Part shown: positions 39,515-49,354 of the stretch, piece by piece
How positions within the stretch are numbered: position 1 is the stretch's first letter
Layout: each line of letters opens with the position of its first letter
DNA from: Candidatus Latescibacterota bacterium
Lineage (GTDB): Bacteria > Latescibacterota > UBA2968 > UBA8231
DNA length: 64,000 nt
Direction: 5' to 3'
Assembly (NCBI GenBank): GCA_965219385.1
Contig: CBDCNM010000001.1
Coordinates: 236,631-300,630 of the forward strand
Translations under genes and position numbers: made by a program
Notes under the pieces: model-generated
What the model was told of the DNA's origin: nothing
What the model saw: only the letters and a program-made list of their open reading frames with translations
Databases searched by the model: none

Positions 39515-41662
39515 ATGGAAATTCGGGAATTGGCCGAGCGGGTGCTCTTCGGTGCCACCTGGGAGGAAAAACTGATCCGGCCGGATCGCTGCGAGGATCG
39601 GGACCCGGGTAAGGCCATAACCACGCCCAGGGTGCCGGGGCGCCCCCCGGCTCTGGAGCTGGACAGCTGGCGGGAGCGCGACAAGCTGCATTTTGCCGAC
39701 GTGCGCCGCTTGCACAGCGAGAAGGAGCGCGGGCTGGTGCTGCACTTTTTCGCCAACCACGAACTTTTGGCCCTGGAGTTGATGGCCCTGGCCCTGCTCA
39801 AGTTTCCAGAGGCGCCGGGCGAGTTCCGCCGCGGTCTGCTGCAGACCCTCATGGATGAGCAGGAACACCTCGGGCTCTACCAGGAACGCATGGAGCAGGT
39901 CGGGGTGGCGTTCGGGGAGATCCCGGTGAGCGACTTTTTCTGGAAGAGCATTGCTCCGATGGAAAGCCCCATGGACTTCGTGACCTGGCTGAGTCTCACC
40001 CTGGAGCAGGCCAACCTGGACTACGCGGTGCACTATGCCCGGGTCTACCGCGAGCTGGGGGACGGGAACACGGCCGCCATCCTGGACCGGGTCTACCGGG
40101 ACGAGATCGGGCACGTCAAGCACGGTCTGGTCTGGTTCAACCGCTGGCGCGATCCAGAGGAATCCGAGTGGGCGGCGTACCGGCGGGCCCTGGAGGTGCC
40201 GCTGACGCCGAACCGGGCCAAGGGCATCGGCTTCAACCGCGAGGGGCGGCGTCGGGCTGGATTTTCAGATCAGTTCATCGACGAGCTGGAACTTTACTCG
40301 CGCTCCCGGGGGCGCTGTCCGGGGGTCTACTGGTTCAACCCGGCGTGCGAGGGGCAGGTGGCGCTCGGCCGGGTGGGGTTTACGCCGGCCCGGCCGGTCC
40401 AGTTGCTGGCGCGGGACTTCGAGGCCCTGCCCATGCTGCTGTGCGCCCGGGACGACGTGGTCCTGGTGCGCAAGCGGCCCTCTTCGGGGTTTTTGCGCCG
40501 CCTGCAGCGGGCGGGGTTCCCGATCCCGGAGTTCGTCGAGTACGGCGACGAGGGCCTGGCTGCGACCGGGCTGGCGCAGCGGCGGATCAGCAGCCTGCGG
40601 CCCTGGGGATGGAGCCTGGATGGAGGGCGCTTTCTGGAGCCGTTGCGGGCGAATTTGCCGGAGGGAGAGACCGGGTTCTGGAACGAGGGGATGCAGCCGC
40701 TGTATTCCAAGGCCTGGAGCGCGGCCCTGCTCGGGGATTTTCTGCGGGCGTATCCGGCGGAGGATGGGTGGCTCTGCGATGCCGGGATGGTGGGGGTGGG
40801 GTGTGCCACCCTGGAAGAGGTGATGCGGCAGGTGGAGGGGTTCAGGGACAGGGGGTTCGAGCAGGTGGTGGTGAAGGGAGCCTTTGGCGCCTCCGGACAG
40901 AATCAGGTGCGCTTCTCCGGGGGGCCACCCAGGGAAGGGCAGCTCGGGTGGGTGGAGAACCTCCTCAAGGAACAAGGCGACGCGGTGGTGGAGCCGTGGC
41001 TGGACAAGGTGGTGGATTTGTCGGCGCAGCTGGATATTGTCGCGCCCGGCACGGCCCGGGTCCTGGGCTGGACCCGCTTTTTTACCGATTCGAGAGGGCA
41101 GTACGGAGGTTCGTTTGTGCACGGCCGGATGGCGGGGCTGGACCCGGCGACCCGGAGGTTTCTCTACGGCCAGGGCCGCGATCCGAGGCGGTTGCAGCGG
41201 CTCTTCGAGGATCTGGGCGGCTGGGTGGCCCGCGCTATGGCCGACTCGGGGTACGTGGGGCCGGTGGGCATCGATCTGCTGGTGTATCGCGATGCAGAGG
41301 GGCTGCGGCTCAAGCCGGTCGTGGAGGTCAATCCGCGTTTTACCATGGGGCGGGTGGCCCTGCGCCTGGGGCGGCGGGTGAATTCGGCGCGCACGGCGGT
41401 GTGGCTGGTTCTGAGCCGGAAGGATATTACCGGGGCGGGTTTTGCGGATGTGGGGGATTTTGCGGGCTACATGGAGGAGAGGTTCCCGGTGGCACTGACG
41501 CTGGATGGGGACCAGGTGAGCGCAGGGGTGTTGTGCACCACGGATCCGGAGCGGGCGCGGGCTTTTGTCAGCATGCTGGTGGTGGGAGAATCTCTGGAGG
41601 CTTGCAAGGGGTACTTCGAGGGGTTGTCTGGAAGGCTGGACAGGTGGACCGAGTACTGTTGA
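39515..41662 (+). CDS. DUF455 ferritin-like domain fused to an ATP-grasp-like domain
   Basis: HFFANHELLALE, DEQEH, LEQANLD, DEIGHV (diiron-type E/H motifs); C-terminal VVVKG..GASG, VVEPWL, GPVGID, VEVNPR. Confidence 0.75.
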   Translation: MEIRELAERVLFGATWEEKLIRPDRCEDRDPGKAITTPRVPGRPPALELDSWRERDKLHFADVRRLHSEKERGLVLHFFANHELLALELMALALLKFPEAPGEFRRGLLQTLMDEQEHLGLYQERMEQVGVAFGEIPVSDFFWKSIAPMESPMDFVTWLSLTLEQANLDYAVHYARVYRELGDGNTAAILDRVYRDEIGHVKHGLVWFNRWRDPEESEWAAYRRALEVPLTPNRAKGIGFNREGRRRAGFSDQFIDELELYSRSRGRCPGVYWFNPACEGQVALGRVGFTPARPVQLLARDFEALPMLLCARDDVVLVRKRPSSGFLRRLQRAGFPIPEFVEYGDEGLAATGLAQRRISSLRPWGWSLDGGRFLEPLRANLPEGETGFWNEGMQPLYSKAWSAALLGDFLRAYPAEDGWLCDAGMVGVGCATLEEVMRQVEGFRDRGFEQVVVKGAFGASGQNQVRFSGGPPREGQLGWVENLLKEQGDAVVEPWLDKVVDLSAQLDIVAPGTARVLGWTRFFTDSRGQYGGSFVHGRMAGLDPATRRFLYGQGRDPRRLQRLFEDLGGWVARAMADSGYVGPVGIDLLVYRDAEGLRLKPVVEVNPRFTMGRVALRLGRRVNSARTAVWLVLSRKDITGAGFADVGDFAGYMEERFPVALTLDGDQVSAGVLCTTDPERARAFVSMLVVGESLEACKGYFEGLSGRLDRWTEYC

Positions 41663-41806
41663 GAGGTGAAATGGGTATATTGGTTTCCCCACGGCAACAA
41701 CCCTGGCGGCGTGGAAGTGGCTTGTGGGGGTTGTTGGGTCTGGCTATTTTCAGCTTAGAGTACTGAGCATACAACGTCGTCCAAACCAGAAAGGATCAAG
41801 AAACGC

Positions 41807-42769
41807 ATGTTCAGGATATCCGTATGGCACGGCGATTTATCGGACAGCTACCTGAAATTCGTCACCCAACTCGGTGCCGACTGCATCGACTTCGGCGATG
41901 GCAGCTACTTCCCCGGGGTCAAAGAACAAGGATATCCCGACCTCGACCAGGTCATCGGGATCCGCAAGAAAATCCGCTCCTGGGGCCTGGACATCAACCG
42001 CGTCACCCTGCCCAACATAACCGGGAAGTGCATGCAGGATCAGGAAGGCGGCGAGGAAGAAATCGAGAATTCCCGCAAGGCCCTGCGGATCTTCGGCGAG
42101 GCCGGCGTGCCCATTGCCCGCCAGCGTTTTGCCGGCGACACCTTTCCCTGGATGATGCGCCACTTCCAGACCGTGCACCGGGGCGGGTATCGCTCCCGGG
42201 CCGAGAGCCGGGCCCTGGCCGAGGACAGGTCCGGACCGCCGGGCCTGGAGGAGTTGGAGCGGTGGCAGGAACGCTTCTGCCGGGTCTACGAAAAACTGGT
42301 GCCGGCCGCCGAGGAACACGACGTGAAGCTGGCGATCCACCCCTCGGATACCCCCAATCCCGACACCCCCCTGGGCGGCCTGGGCTTTCACCGCGTCATC
42401 GACCTGTTTCCCAGCCCCAACGTGGGGTACCTCTACTGCTGCGGCACCCGCTCCCAGGCCGGCGGCGGCTCCCTGATCCTGGACGAAATCCACAACTACG
42501 GCCGCAAGGGCCGCATCTTCATGGTGCACTTGCGCGCCGTGCGCGGCAGCCTGGCCACGGCCGGTGGTTTCGAAGAGGTATTGCTGGACGACGGCGACGT
42601 CAACATGTTCAAGGTATTGCTGGAGTTGAAACGGGTGGGCTTCGACGGGTGTTTGAACCCGGACCACATCCCGGCCCTGGAAGGCGATGGTCCCGGGGTA
42701 CAACACCAGGGGCTGGCTTATTCCGTGGGGTACATCAAGGCTTTGTTCGCGGCCCTGGCCGTGGTTTGA
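41807..42769 (+). CDS. Mannonate dehydratase (UxuA)-like protein
   Basis: LVPAAEEHDVKLAIHPSD, IFMVHLRAVRG, FEEVLLDDGDVNM, PDHIP, AYSVGYIKAL. Confidence 0.8.
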   Translation: MFRISVWHGDLSDSYLKFVTQLGADCIDFGDGSYFPGVKEQGYPDLDQVIGIRKKIRSWGLDINRVTLPNITGKCMQDQEGGEEEIENSRKALRIFGEAGVPIARQRFAGDTFPWMMRHFQTVHRGGYRSRAESRALAEDRSGPPGLEELERWQERFCRVYEKLVPAAEEHDVKLAIHPSDTPNPDTPLGGLGFHRVIDLFPSPNVGYLYCCGTRSQAGGGSLILDEIHNYGRKGRIFMVHLRAVRGSLATAGGFEEVLLDDGDVNMFKVLLELKRVGFDGCLNPDHIPALEGDGPGVQHQGLAYSVGYIKALFAALAVV

Positions 42770-42784
42770 TTCAGGAGGTACAGA

Positions 42785-43990
42785 ATGACCGAACGCAAGA
42801 AGATAGCCGCTATCATCACCGAGTACCGGCTCAGGTCCCACGCCGATGTGATCGTGACCAAGTACCTCAAGGGCTTTCCCACGGACGAGGGTTTATTCGC
42901 GCCCCGGGTGGATATAGCCTCCATCTACATCGACCAGTTTCCCGAAGGGGACATCGGCCGCCGGATCGCCGACGAGCACGGGGTGCCGATCTATCCCAGC
43001 ATCGCCAAAGCCCTGTGCCTGGGCGGAGAAAAGCTGGCCGTGGACGGGGTGCTGTTGATCGGCGAGCACGGGGACTACGCCTGGAACGAAAAGGAGCAGC
43101 ACCTGTTCCCGCGCAAGTACTTCATGGAGCAGATCTGTGGAGTGATGTCGACCAGCGGCCGGGCCGCGCCGGTGTTCAACGACAAACACCTGTCCTACAA
43201 CTGGCACGACGCCAAGTGGATGTACGACCGGGCCCAAACCCTGGGGGCGCCCTTCATGGCCGGCTCGTCCATACCGCTGATGTGGCGCGACCCCTGGCTC
43301 GAGCACGAACCAGAGACCCCGATTCAGGAAGCCATAGCCATTGGTTTTTCCGGTCTGGACATCTACGGGTTTCACACCCTCGAAGGCCTGCAGTGCATGG
43401 TCGAGCGGCGCCTGGGGGGCGAGACAGGAGTGGCGGCCGTGACCTGTATAGAGGGGGATAAGGTATGGCGGGCCGGCGAGGAGGGCCTGTATTCGCGCGA
43501 GCTGGCCGAGGCGGCCTGCGCCACCATCGAGGGCAAGCCCGAGGGTAGTATGGAGGAGCATTGCAAAAACCCGGCGCTGTTTGCGGTGGAGTACCGCGAC
43601 GGGCTCAAGGGGGCGATTCTGATGCTCAATGGCTACGTGACCGAGCTGGCCTATGCCGCCCGGGTAGAGGGCCAGATCCAGGCCACCGGGTATTACGCCC
43701 AGGGCCACGGCGGCCCGGAGGGCGGGGCCTACGCCCACTTCAGCTATCTGGGGCTCAACATCGAGGAGATGTTCCTCAGCGGACAGCCACAGTACCCGGT
43801 GGAGCGCACCCTGCTGACCAGCGGGGTGCTGGAGGCGGCCCTGACCTCGCGCTACGAGGGCGAGAAACGGCTCGAGACTCCCTGGCTGGAGGTGGAGTAT
43901 CATTCCTACGACAGCTTTCGCTGGCGGCCCCGGGGGCCGCGGCCGAGCGGGGCCTGCCTGGCCCCCTGGCCCCCCTTATCTCGCCGGTGA
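42785..43990 (+). CDS. Conserved hypothetical protein (distant Gfo/Idh/MocA-like)
   Basis: SHADVI, VDGVLLIGEHGDY, VFNDKHLS, FMAGSS, YGFHTLE, PYPVERTLLT-like motif; AGGAGG RBS. Confidence 0.7.
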   Translation: MTERKKIAAIITEYRLRSHADVIVTKYLKGFPTDEGLFAPRVDIASIYIDQFPEGDIGRRIADEHGVPIYPSIAKALCLGGEKLAVDGVLLIGEHGDYAWNEKEQHLFPRKYFMEQICGVMSTSGRAAPVFNDKHLSYNWHDAKWMYDRAQTLGAPFMAGSSIPLMWRDPWLEHEPETPIQEAIAIGFSGLDIYGFHTLEGLQCMVERRLGGETGVAAVTCIEGDKVWRAGEEGLYSRELAEAACATIEGKPEGSMEEHCKNPALFAVEYRDGLKGAILMLNGYVTELAYAARVEGQIQATGYYAQGHGGPEGGAYAHFSYLGLNIEEMFLSGQPQYPVERTLLTSGVLEAALTSRYEGEKRLETPWLEVEYHSYDSFRWRPRGPRPSGACLAPWPPLSRR

Positions 43991-44114
43991 AGTCGGCGAA
44001 AAAATCGACGTGAGCCGGCAATATCTTTTTGTTTGATGCGGAGCGCAATTCTAGTTATCTTGGGTCCTCGCACACCGTTCTCGATTTACCATCCGCGCAA
44101 GGAAAGGAGGCCTC

Positions 44115-45239
44115 ATGATACTCAGCGATCTACTTCCACGCCGGTGTTTTGCGGCTGTTCTGGCCCTGGTCATGGGCCTTGCTCTCGCCTGCCTGCCCGG
44201 GGTGCTCAGCGCCGCGGAAGAGGAAGGAGAGGACCTGACCGCGCCCGGCACTTCCGTCGGCGAACTGCCCTCGCCGAGCGGAGATCCGAGCATTGTCTCG
44301 CCCGATGCCCGCATCGAAGAGCTCTTCACCGGGGCCTTTTTCACCGAGGGGCCGGCCGTGGCCCTGGACGGTTCGGTGTACTTCAGCGACATCACCTTTA
44401 CCCACGCCTCGGGAATGCAGGCCGGGCATATCTGGAGGTGCGATCCCCAGACCGGCGAGACCAGAGTCTTCCGCTCGCCCAGCGGCATGTCCAACGGACT
44501 CAAGTTCGATGCCATGGGCCGCCTCATCGCGGCCGAAGGGGCCGATTACGGCGGCCGTCGGGTCACCCGCACCGACCTGAAGACCGGCAAGACCGAAATC
44601 ATCGCCGGGCTCTACCAGGGACGTCCTTTCAATGCGCCCAATGATATCTCCATCGACGAGATGGGGCGGATCTACTTCAGCGATCCGCGCTACCTGGGGC
44701 ACGAGCCCATCGACCAGGCGGTGATGGCGGTCTACCGCATCGATCCGGACCGCTCGGTCCACCAGATCATCACCGACGCGGGCAAGCCCAATGGCGTGGC
44801 CGTGGCCCCGGACCAGAAGAGCCTCTACGTGGTGAGCAACGACAACGGCAACTGGGGCATCGGCCGCCTGCCCGGCGATGCGCCGGCCCACAAGGGCCGC
44901 ATGGCCCTGCTGGCCTACGACCTGCACGCGGACGGCACCGCCACCTTCCGCAAGGTGCTGCACGATTATTATCCCGAGGACGGCCCGGACGGCCTGGTGT
45001 GCGACGCGGACGGCAACCTCTACGTGGCGGTGCGCGATTTGACCCGGCCCGGGATCGTGGTCTACTCGCCCGAGGGCGAGGAGTTGGCCTATATCCCCAC
45101 GCCGGTGCCCACCAATGTGGCGTTTGGCCGCGGCGCGGAGAGCAAGACCCTCTATATCACCTACGCCGGCGTCCACGGCGGGACCCTGGCGAAAATCCAG
45201 GTCGAAAAGGACGGGTATCAGCTGCCCTCCACCCACTAG
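44115..45239 (+). CDS. Exported SMP-30/gluconolactonase family protein
   Basis: Signal peptide; FTEGP, SNGL, FNAPND, KPNGVA, GPDGL, PTNVAFG. Confidence 0.9.
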   Translation: MILSDLLPRRCFAAVLALVMGLALACLPGVLSAAEEEGEDLTAPGTSVGELPSPSGDPSIVSPDARIEELFTGAFFTEGPAVALDGSVYFSDITFTHASGMQAGHIWRCDPQTGETRVFRSPSGMSNGLKFDAMGRLIAAEGADYGGRRVTRTDLKTGKTEIIAGLYQGRPFNAPNDISIDEMGRIYFSDPRYLGHEPIDQAVMAVYRIDPDRSVHQIITDAGKPNGVAVAPDQKSLYVVSNDNGNWGIGRLPGDAPAHKGRMALLAYDLHADGTATFRKVLHDYYPEDGPDGLVCDADGNLYVAVRDLTRPGIVVYSPEGEELAYIPTPVPTNVAFGRGAESKTLYITYAGVHGGTLAKIQVEKDGYQLPSTH

Positions 45240-45251
45240 GGGAGTGTCCTC

Positions 45252-46955
45252 ATGACCCTGGTCGACTGGCTGCTGGTCCTGGTGGTCAACGGCGGCATCG
45301 TCCTCTACGGGATCGCGGTCTTCAGGGGCAAGCGGGAGAGTTTCGACTGGTACCTGGCAGCCAAGTCCATGCCCTGGTGGGTGATCGGACTATCGGCCTT
45401 TGGCACCGCAGTGGACAGCGGCGATTACGTGGGCATTGTCGGCGGGTCCTACAAGCTCGGGCTGGCGCAGCTGTCGCAGTGGTGGCTGGGGATCGCGGTG
45501 GGCTGGTTCGTGCTCAGCTTCTTCGCGATCATTCCCATGTACCGCTCCGGGGTGTTCACCAACGCCGAGTGGCTGGAGTTCCGCTTTGGACCGGCCGCGC
45601 GTCTGGTGGCGGTGCTGATCAATATCCAGTCGCGCACCAATGTCCTGGGCAACATCTTCTTCTCCATGTTCCTGGTTCTCAATATCGTCGCGGACATCGA
45701 GGCGGGCTGGAGCTGGTTGATCGTGGTGGCCATGGCCGCCACCGCAGTGCTCTACATCATTCGGGGCGGGCTCCAGGCCGGGGCCTTCACGGATGCGGTG
45801 CAGAGCATCGTGATGATCGTGGCCTCCTTCGTGTTGTGGGGGGTGGTGTGGGTGAAGGGGGGCGGCTGGAAGGGCCTGCACCAGCGGCTGGAGGCGGTGG
45901 ATCCCGAACTGCCCGGTAGCTTGCTGCACGTGGGCGGGTACTCGCCGGACGGGGTCTCGCCCTTCGTGGTGGTCTTCGGCTTTGTGGTGGTGCTGGTCAC
46001 CTATGCCCTGATCAACCAGTACGAGGCCATCCGCTTTCTGGGGGCCCGCTCCGAGTGGGACTTCAAGATGGCGGCTCTGGTGGCCAGCTTGGCCACAGCC
46101 GTGTGCCTGTGGTTTAATGTCAGCCTGGGGCCGCTGGCCCGGGCCGAGTTCCCGGATCTGGAAATCATCGACCAGGCCTATCCCCTTTTGGTCGAGAAGT
46201 ACCTGCCCCCGGGCCTGATCGGCCTGGTAGTGGCCGGATTGGTGGCCGCCGGCTATTCCACCTTCGACTCCATCGGCATCGGCATTTCCAGTCTTTTCGT
46301 GCGGGATGTGTACGCCCGCTTCATCGTCAAAAACGCCTCGGACGCGCACTACACCCGGGTGGGGCGGATCTCGGTGCCCTTCATCATCGGTCTGGGTTTT
46401 GCCTACGTGCCCTTTCTCGAGCAGGGCATGTTGCTGTTTTATTTGCGCCTGGCCGGGGCCATTGCCGTGCCGCTGATGAGCGTGATTCTCATGGGGGTGT
46501 TCACCCGGGTGCACCGCCAGACCGGCATCGTGGGGCTGCTGGTGGGGCTGGCCTACGGGATTTCGGCCATTCTGGCCGAGCGCTGGGACTGGCCTCTGCC
46601 GGTCTGGTACACCCACACCTGGTGGGCCTTCCTGTGGAACGTGGTGCTGCCGGCCGCGAGCATGCTGGTGGCTTCGCGGTTCATCGCGGTGTGGCGCGGG
46701 CCGGTAGCCGAGGAGGAGTTGAGAGGGCTGGTCTACGCCCGGCACGAGATGGCAGGGGATCTCAGGGAACTGATGGGGCGCCGTCTGAAGGTGCTGGAGG
46801 GGACCTGGTTGCAGAAGACCTTGCTGGAGGCGCCGGTCAAACCCGAGTATCCCTTTGAGGTGCCGGAGGAAGGATTGCCCTGGTTCAAACGGCCGGGGCT
46901 ACTGGTCTGGGTGTACCTGGTGGTGGTGTGCGGGTTGCTTTTTTTGTTGTGGTGA
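45252..46955 (+). CDS. Sodium:solute symporter (SSS) family transporter
   Basis: YLAAKSMPWWVIGLS, EWLEFRFG, GGLQAGAFTDAVQ, LPPGLIGLVVAGLVAA; many transmembrane segments. Confidence 0.9.
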   Translation: MTLVDWLLVLVVNGGIVLYGIAVFRGKRESFDWYLAAKSMPWWVIGLSAFGTAVDSGDYVGIVGGSYKLGLAQLSQWWLGIAVGWFVLSFFAIIPMYRSGVFTNAEWLEFRFGPAARLVAVLINIQSRTNVLGNIFFSMFLVLNIVADIEAGWSWLIVVAMAATAVLYIIRGGLQAGAFTDAVQSIVMIVASFVLWGVVWVKGGGWKGLHQRLEAVDPELPGSLLHVGGYSPDGVSPFVVVFGFVVVLVTYALINQYEAIRFLGARSEWDFKMAALVASLATAVCLWFNVSLGPLARAEFPDLEIIDQAYPLLVEKYLPPGLIGLVVAGLVAAGYSTFDSIGIGISSLFVRDVYARFIVKNASDAHYTRVGRISVPFIIGLGFAYVPFLEQGMLLFYLRLAGAIAVPLMSVILMGVFTRVHRQTGIVGLLVGLAYGISAILAERWDWPLPVWYTHTWWAFLWNVVLPAASMLVASRFIAVWRGPVAEEELRGLVYARHEMAGDLRELMGRRLKVLEGTWLQKTLLEAPVKPEYPFEVPEEGLPWFKRPGLLVWVYLVVVCGLLFLLW

Positions 46956-46973
46956 TGAGAGCTGCGGGGAAAC

Positions 46974-47183
46974 ATGGAAAACGCGAAGAAAGACAGGAAA
47001 CGAAAGCAGTTCGAACGATTGTTTACCGCGGTGCTGCTGACAGCGGTGGCGGCGTTGCTGCTGGTTTCCATCGCGTACACCCCGCGGCTATGGGGGGTGA
47101 AGGTGGTCCTGGCCGCGGTGCTGGTGGGGATCAGCGCTTTTTTCGGCCGCAAGTACGCGCAGGAGCGCCGGGCTCTCCCGTGA
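46974..47183 (+). CDS. Small two-helix membrane protein
   Basis: Two hydrophobic segments; directly follows the SSS gene. Confidence 0.5.
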   Translation: MENAKKDRKRKQFERLFTAVLLTAVAALLLVSIAYTPRLWGVKVVLAAVLVGISAFFGRKYAQERRALP

Positions 47184-47243
47184 AGAGCATGGTGGGCATT
47201 GGCGCGGGTGGGGCCGGCAAGACCGCCCGGCCCCTGGAATGCA

Positions 47244-48224
47244 CTACCTGAAGTACCCCTCCGGGTACGGATCGGGATCCAGCAGCGGCGCCTGCCAGTC
47301 GCCAATATCGTCCAGCGCCACCGGCGCCCCACCGCACTCTACGTGCGACTTGAAAGCGGCCAGAAACATCTGCGTCTTCTCGTAAATGGCCTCGTAGGGC
47401 TGGGGCATCCGGCGGGTCTCGAACATCTCCTGCATGGTCAGCAGGGCGGGGACCCAGAAGTGGATGCCGGATTGGATGAACTGCTCGAAGGTGCGCTCGC
47501 CAAAGACCCGGATCCAGCCCCAGGTTCCCGATATTTCCTGGATGCAGCCGTAGAACACCTTGCCGTCTTCTCCCCTGGGCTCGTACTCGATGGTGATCAA
47601 CCCGTTGGGGGTGTGCCAGTCGGGGGTCTGGTAGGCCATGCTGCGGATGCCCCCGCCGATGCAGGCGTGCATGCACAGAACGCCGTGGACGCCGTGGGTG
47701 GCGTAGTCCGAGTTGGAATTGGCCGAGGTAAACCCCCTGATCGGCTCGACCGCCGCCACTTCGCTTTTGATGTGTTCGATCTCGGGGGCGTACTCGAAGG
47801 AGGAGCCGGACATGATCGGGGTGTCGTGCTTTTGGGCCAGATCGATCATCTCCTGCGCGTCGGCCAGGTTCAGGGCAAAGGGGCGGTTGATGAAGATGGG
47901 CACCCCGGCTTCCAGGTAGGGTCTGGTCAGCTCCTTGAAGTGCAGGCACGAGTCGAAGTCGGAGAGGATGATGCCGTCCACCTTGCCCACCATATCCCAG
48001 TAGTTGTCGACCGCTTCCACCCCCTTGTAGTCCTGGGTGAACTTTTTCAAAGCCTCTTTGTCTATGTCCCACGCGTGGGACATGACCATACCGGTCATGC
48101 GGGTGGTGCAGGTCTTGAATTTGATCTCGGATGTAGGGTCGATGATGGGACCCCATATCCCGGAGATGTGGACGAAGCGGGCGCAGGTGAGCACGCCGAC
48201 GCGGACGAGAGAGGAATCAGACAT
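47244..48224 (-). CDS. Gfo/Idh/MocA-like oxidoreductase
   Basis: VDGIIL, PYLEAGVPIFINRPFA, PIMSGSS, YATHGVH. Confidence 0.72.
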   Translation of the reverse strand: MSDSSLVRVGVLTCARFVHISGIWGPIIDPTSEIKFKTCTTRMTGMVMSHAWDIDKEALKKFTQDYKGVEAVDNYWDMVGKVDGIILSDFDSCLHFKELTRPYLEAGVPIFINRPFALNLADAQEMIDLAQKHDTPIMSGSSFEYAPEIEHIKSEVAAVEPIRGFTSANSNSDYATHGVHGVLCMHACIGGGIRSMAYQTPDWHTPNGLITIEYEPRGEDGKVFYGCIQEISGTWGWIRVFGERTFEQFIQSGIHFWVPALLTMQEMFETRRMPQPYEAIYEKTQMFLAAFKSHVECGGAPVALDDIGDWQAPLLDPDPYPEGYFR

Positions 48225-48236
48225 GTTTTCTCCTTT

Positions 48237-49112
48237 CTAGTTTTTAAACCAGATCTCAAGGGCGGTACCGCCCTTGATTTGGTCTTTTTCCTCTTTGCTG
48301 ATAGAGGGTAGGTGATAATCGAGCAGGTCCACCAGCCTCTGGTAGCCCGGCTCTTCGAGGATCCACGGGAAATCCGTGCACCACATCATGCGTTCCGGGC
48401 CGTAGGCCTGGTAGATCTGCTCGACCATGGGTTTCATGTCCTGGTAGGGCCAGGGCAGCTTGGAGAAGGCGTACTCCCCGGAAACCTTGATGTACACATT
48501 GGGGAACCGGGCCAGGTCCAGGACCCGCGGATAGGTCGCCGGCGGCAGCGGCTCGTCGTCGAAGCGAGGTCGTCCCCACCGGTCCACCACCAGGGGCGTG
48601 GTCGGCATCACCCCGAGGTGGTCCAGAGAGATGTTGACGCCGGGGAAGGCCTCGGCCAGCATCTCCACGCCGGCGATCTGGGCGTCGCGGGTGTAGATAT
48701 TGATGTTGATGCCCAGCTCGTCGGCGCACTGGAACAGAGGGTAGGTCTTCAGATCCTCGGGGTTTTCCGCGCCGGGGTCGCCCAGGTCCCCGAGCCGGAT
48801 GCCCTCGATGCCGGTGGCCTCGACCAGCTCTTTGAGCCGGGCGGGCGGATCCGGGTCGTTTACGTCCACCAGCCCGGTGGCGGTGAAGCGGTCGGGCCAG
48901 GTCCTGACGCAGTGGGTCACGTAGCCATGGTATTCGATCCGGGTCCCGCCCATATCGATCAGCACGGTCCGGTCTACGCCGGCCGCGTCCATTTCCCCCA
49001 GTAGTTGTTCGGCGGTGCCTTCCTTGTCTGCCGGCGCCAGCCCGCCTACCTCGCGCGGGAACCGGTCGCTCAATTTGGCGAATACGTGAACGTGTACATC
49101 TACTTTATCCAT
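48237..49112 (-). CDS. Amidohydrolase_2 family protein
   Basis: DVHVH, LDHLG, NVYIKVSG, RMMWCTDFP. Confidence 0.88.
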   Translation of the reverse strand: MDKVDVHVHVFAKLSDRFPREVGGLAPADKEGTAEQLLGEMDAAGVDRTVLIDMGGTRIEYHGYVTHCVRTWPDRFTATGLVDVNDPDPPARLKELVEATGIEGIRLGDLGDPGAENPEDLKTYPLFQCADELGININIYTRDAQIAGVEMLAEAFPGVNISLDHLGVMPTTPLVVDRWGRPRFDDEPLPPATYPRVLDLARFPNVYIKVSGEYAFSKLPWPYQDMKPMVEQIYQAYGPERMMWCTDFPWILEEPGYQRLVDLLDYHLPSISKEEKDQIKGGTALEIWFKN

Positions 49113-49354
49113 TAAATGGCCTTCCTGGTTCGGGTCGTTTGAATGCGCCTCAAAGATACTACAATAACCCGGAACAAATCCAGAGCATCTCGATTTGAGT
49201 CAAACTTGATCAATAAATACTAATAAGTTATACAGGAATAAACAAGGCCTGCCTGGCGTTTGCAAGCGGAGCGCCGGAGAAAAAAGACTCGGCCGGCAAA
49301 ATAATTTTCATTTCCACATTGATAGAGGTCTGAAAAAATGGTAAGATTAAGCTA

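Noticed and set aside
41650..41770. GAGTACTG motifs resembling the end of the 30557 MITE
   Set aside because: Only a 7-nt match, in direct orientation, with no TIR pair or target duplication.
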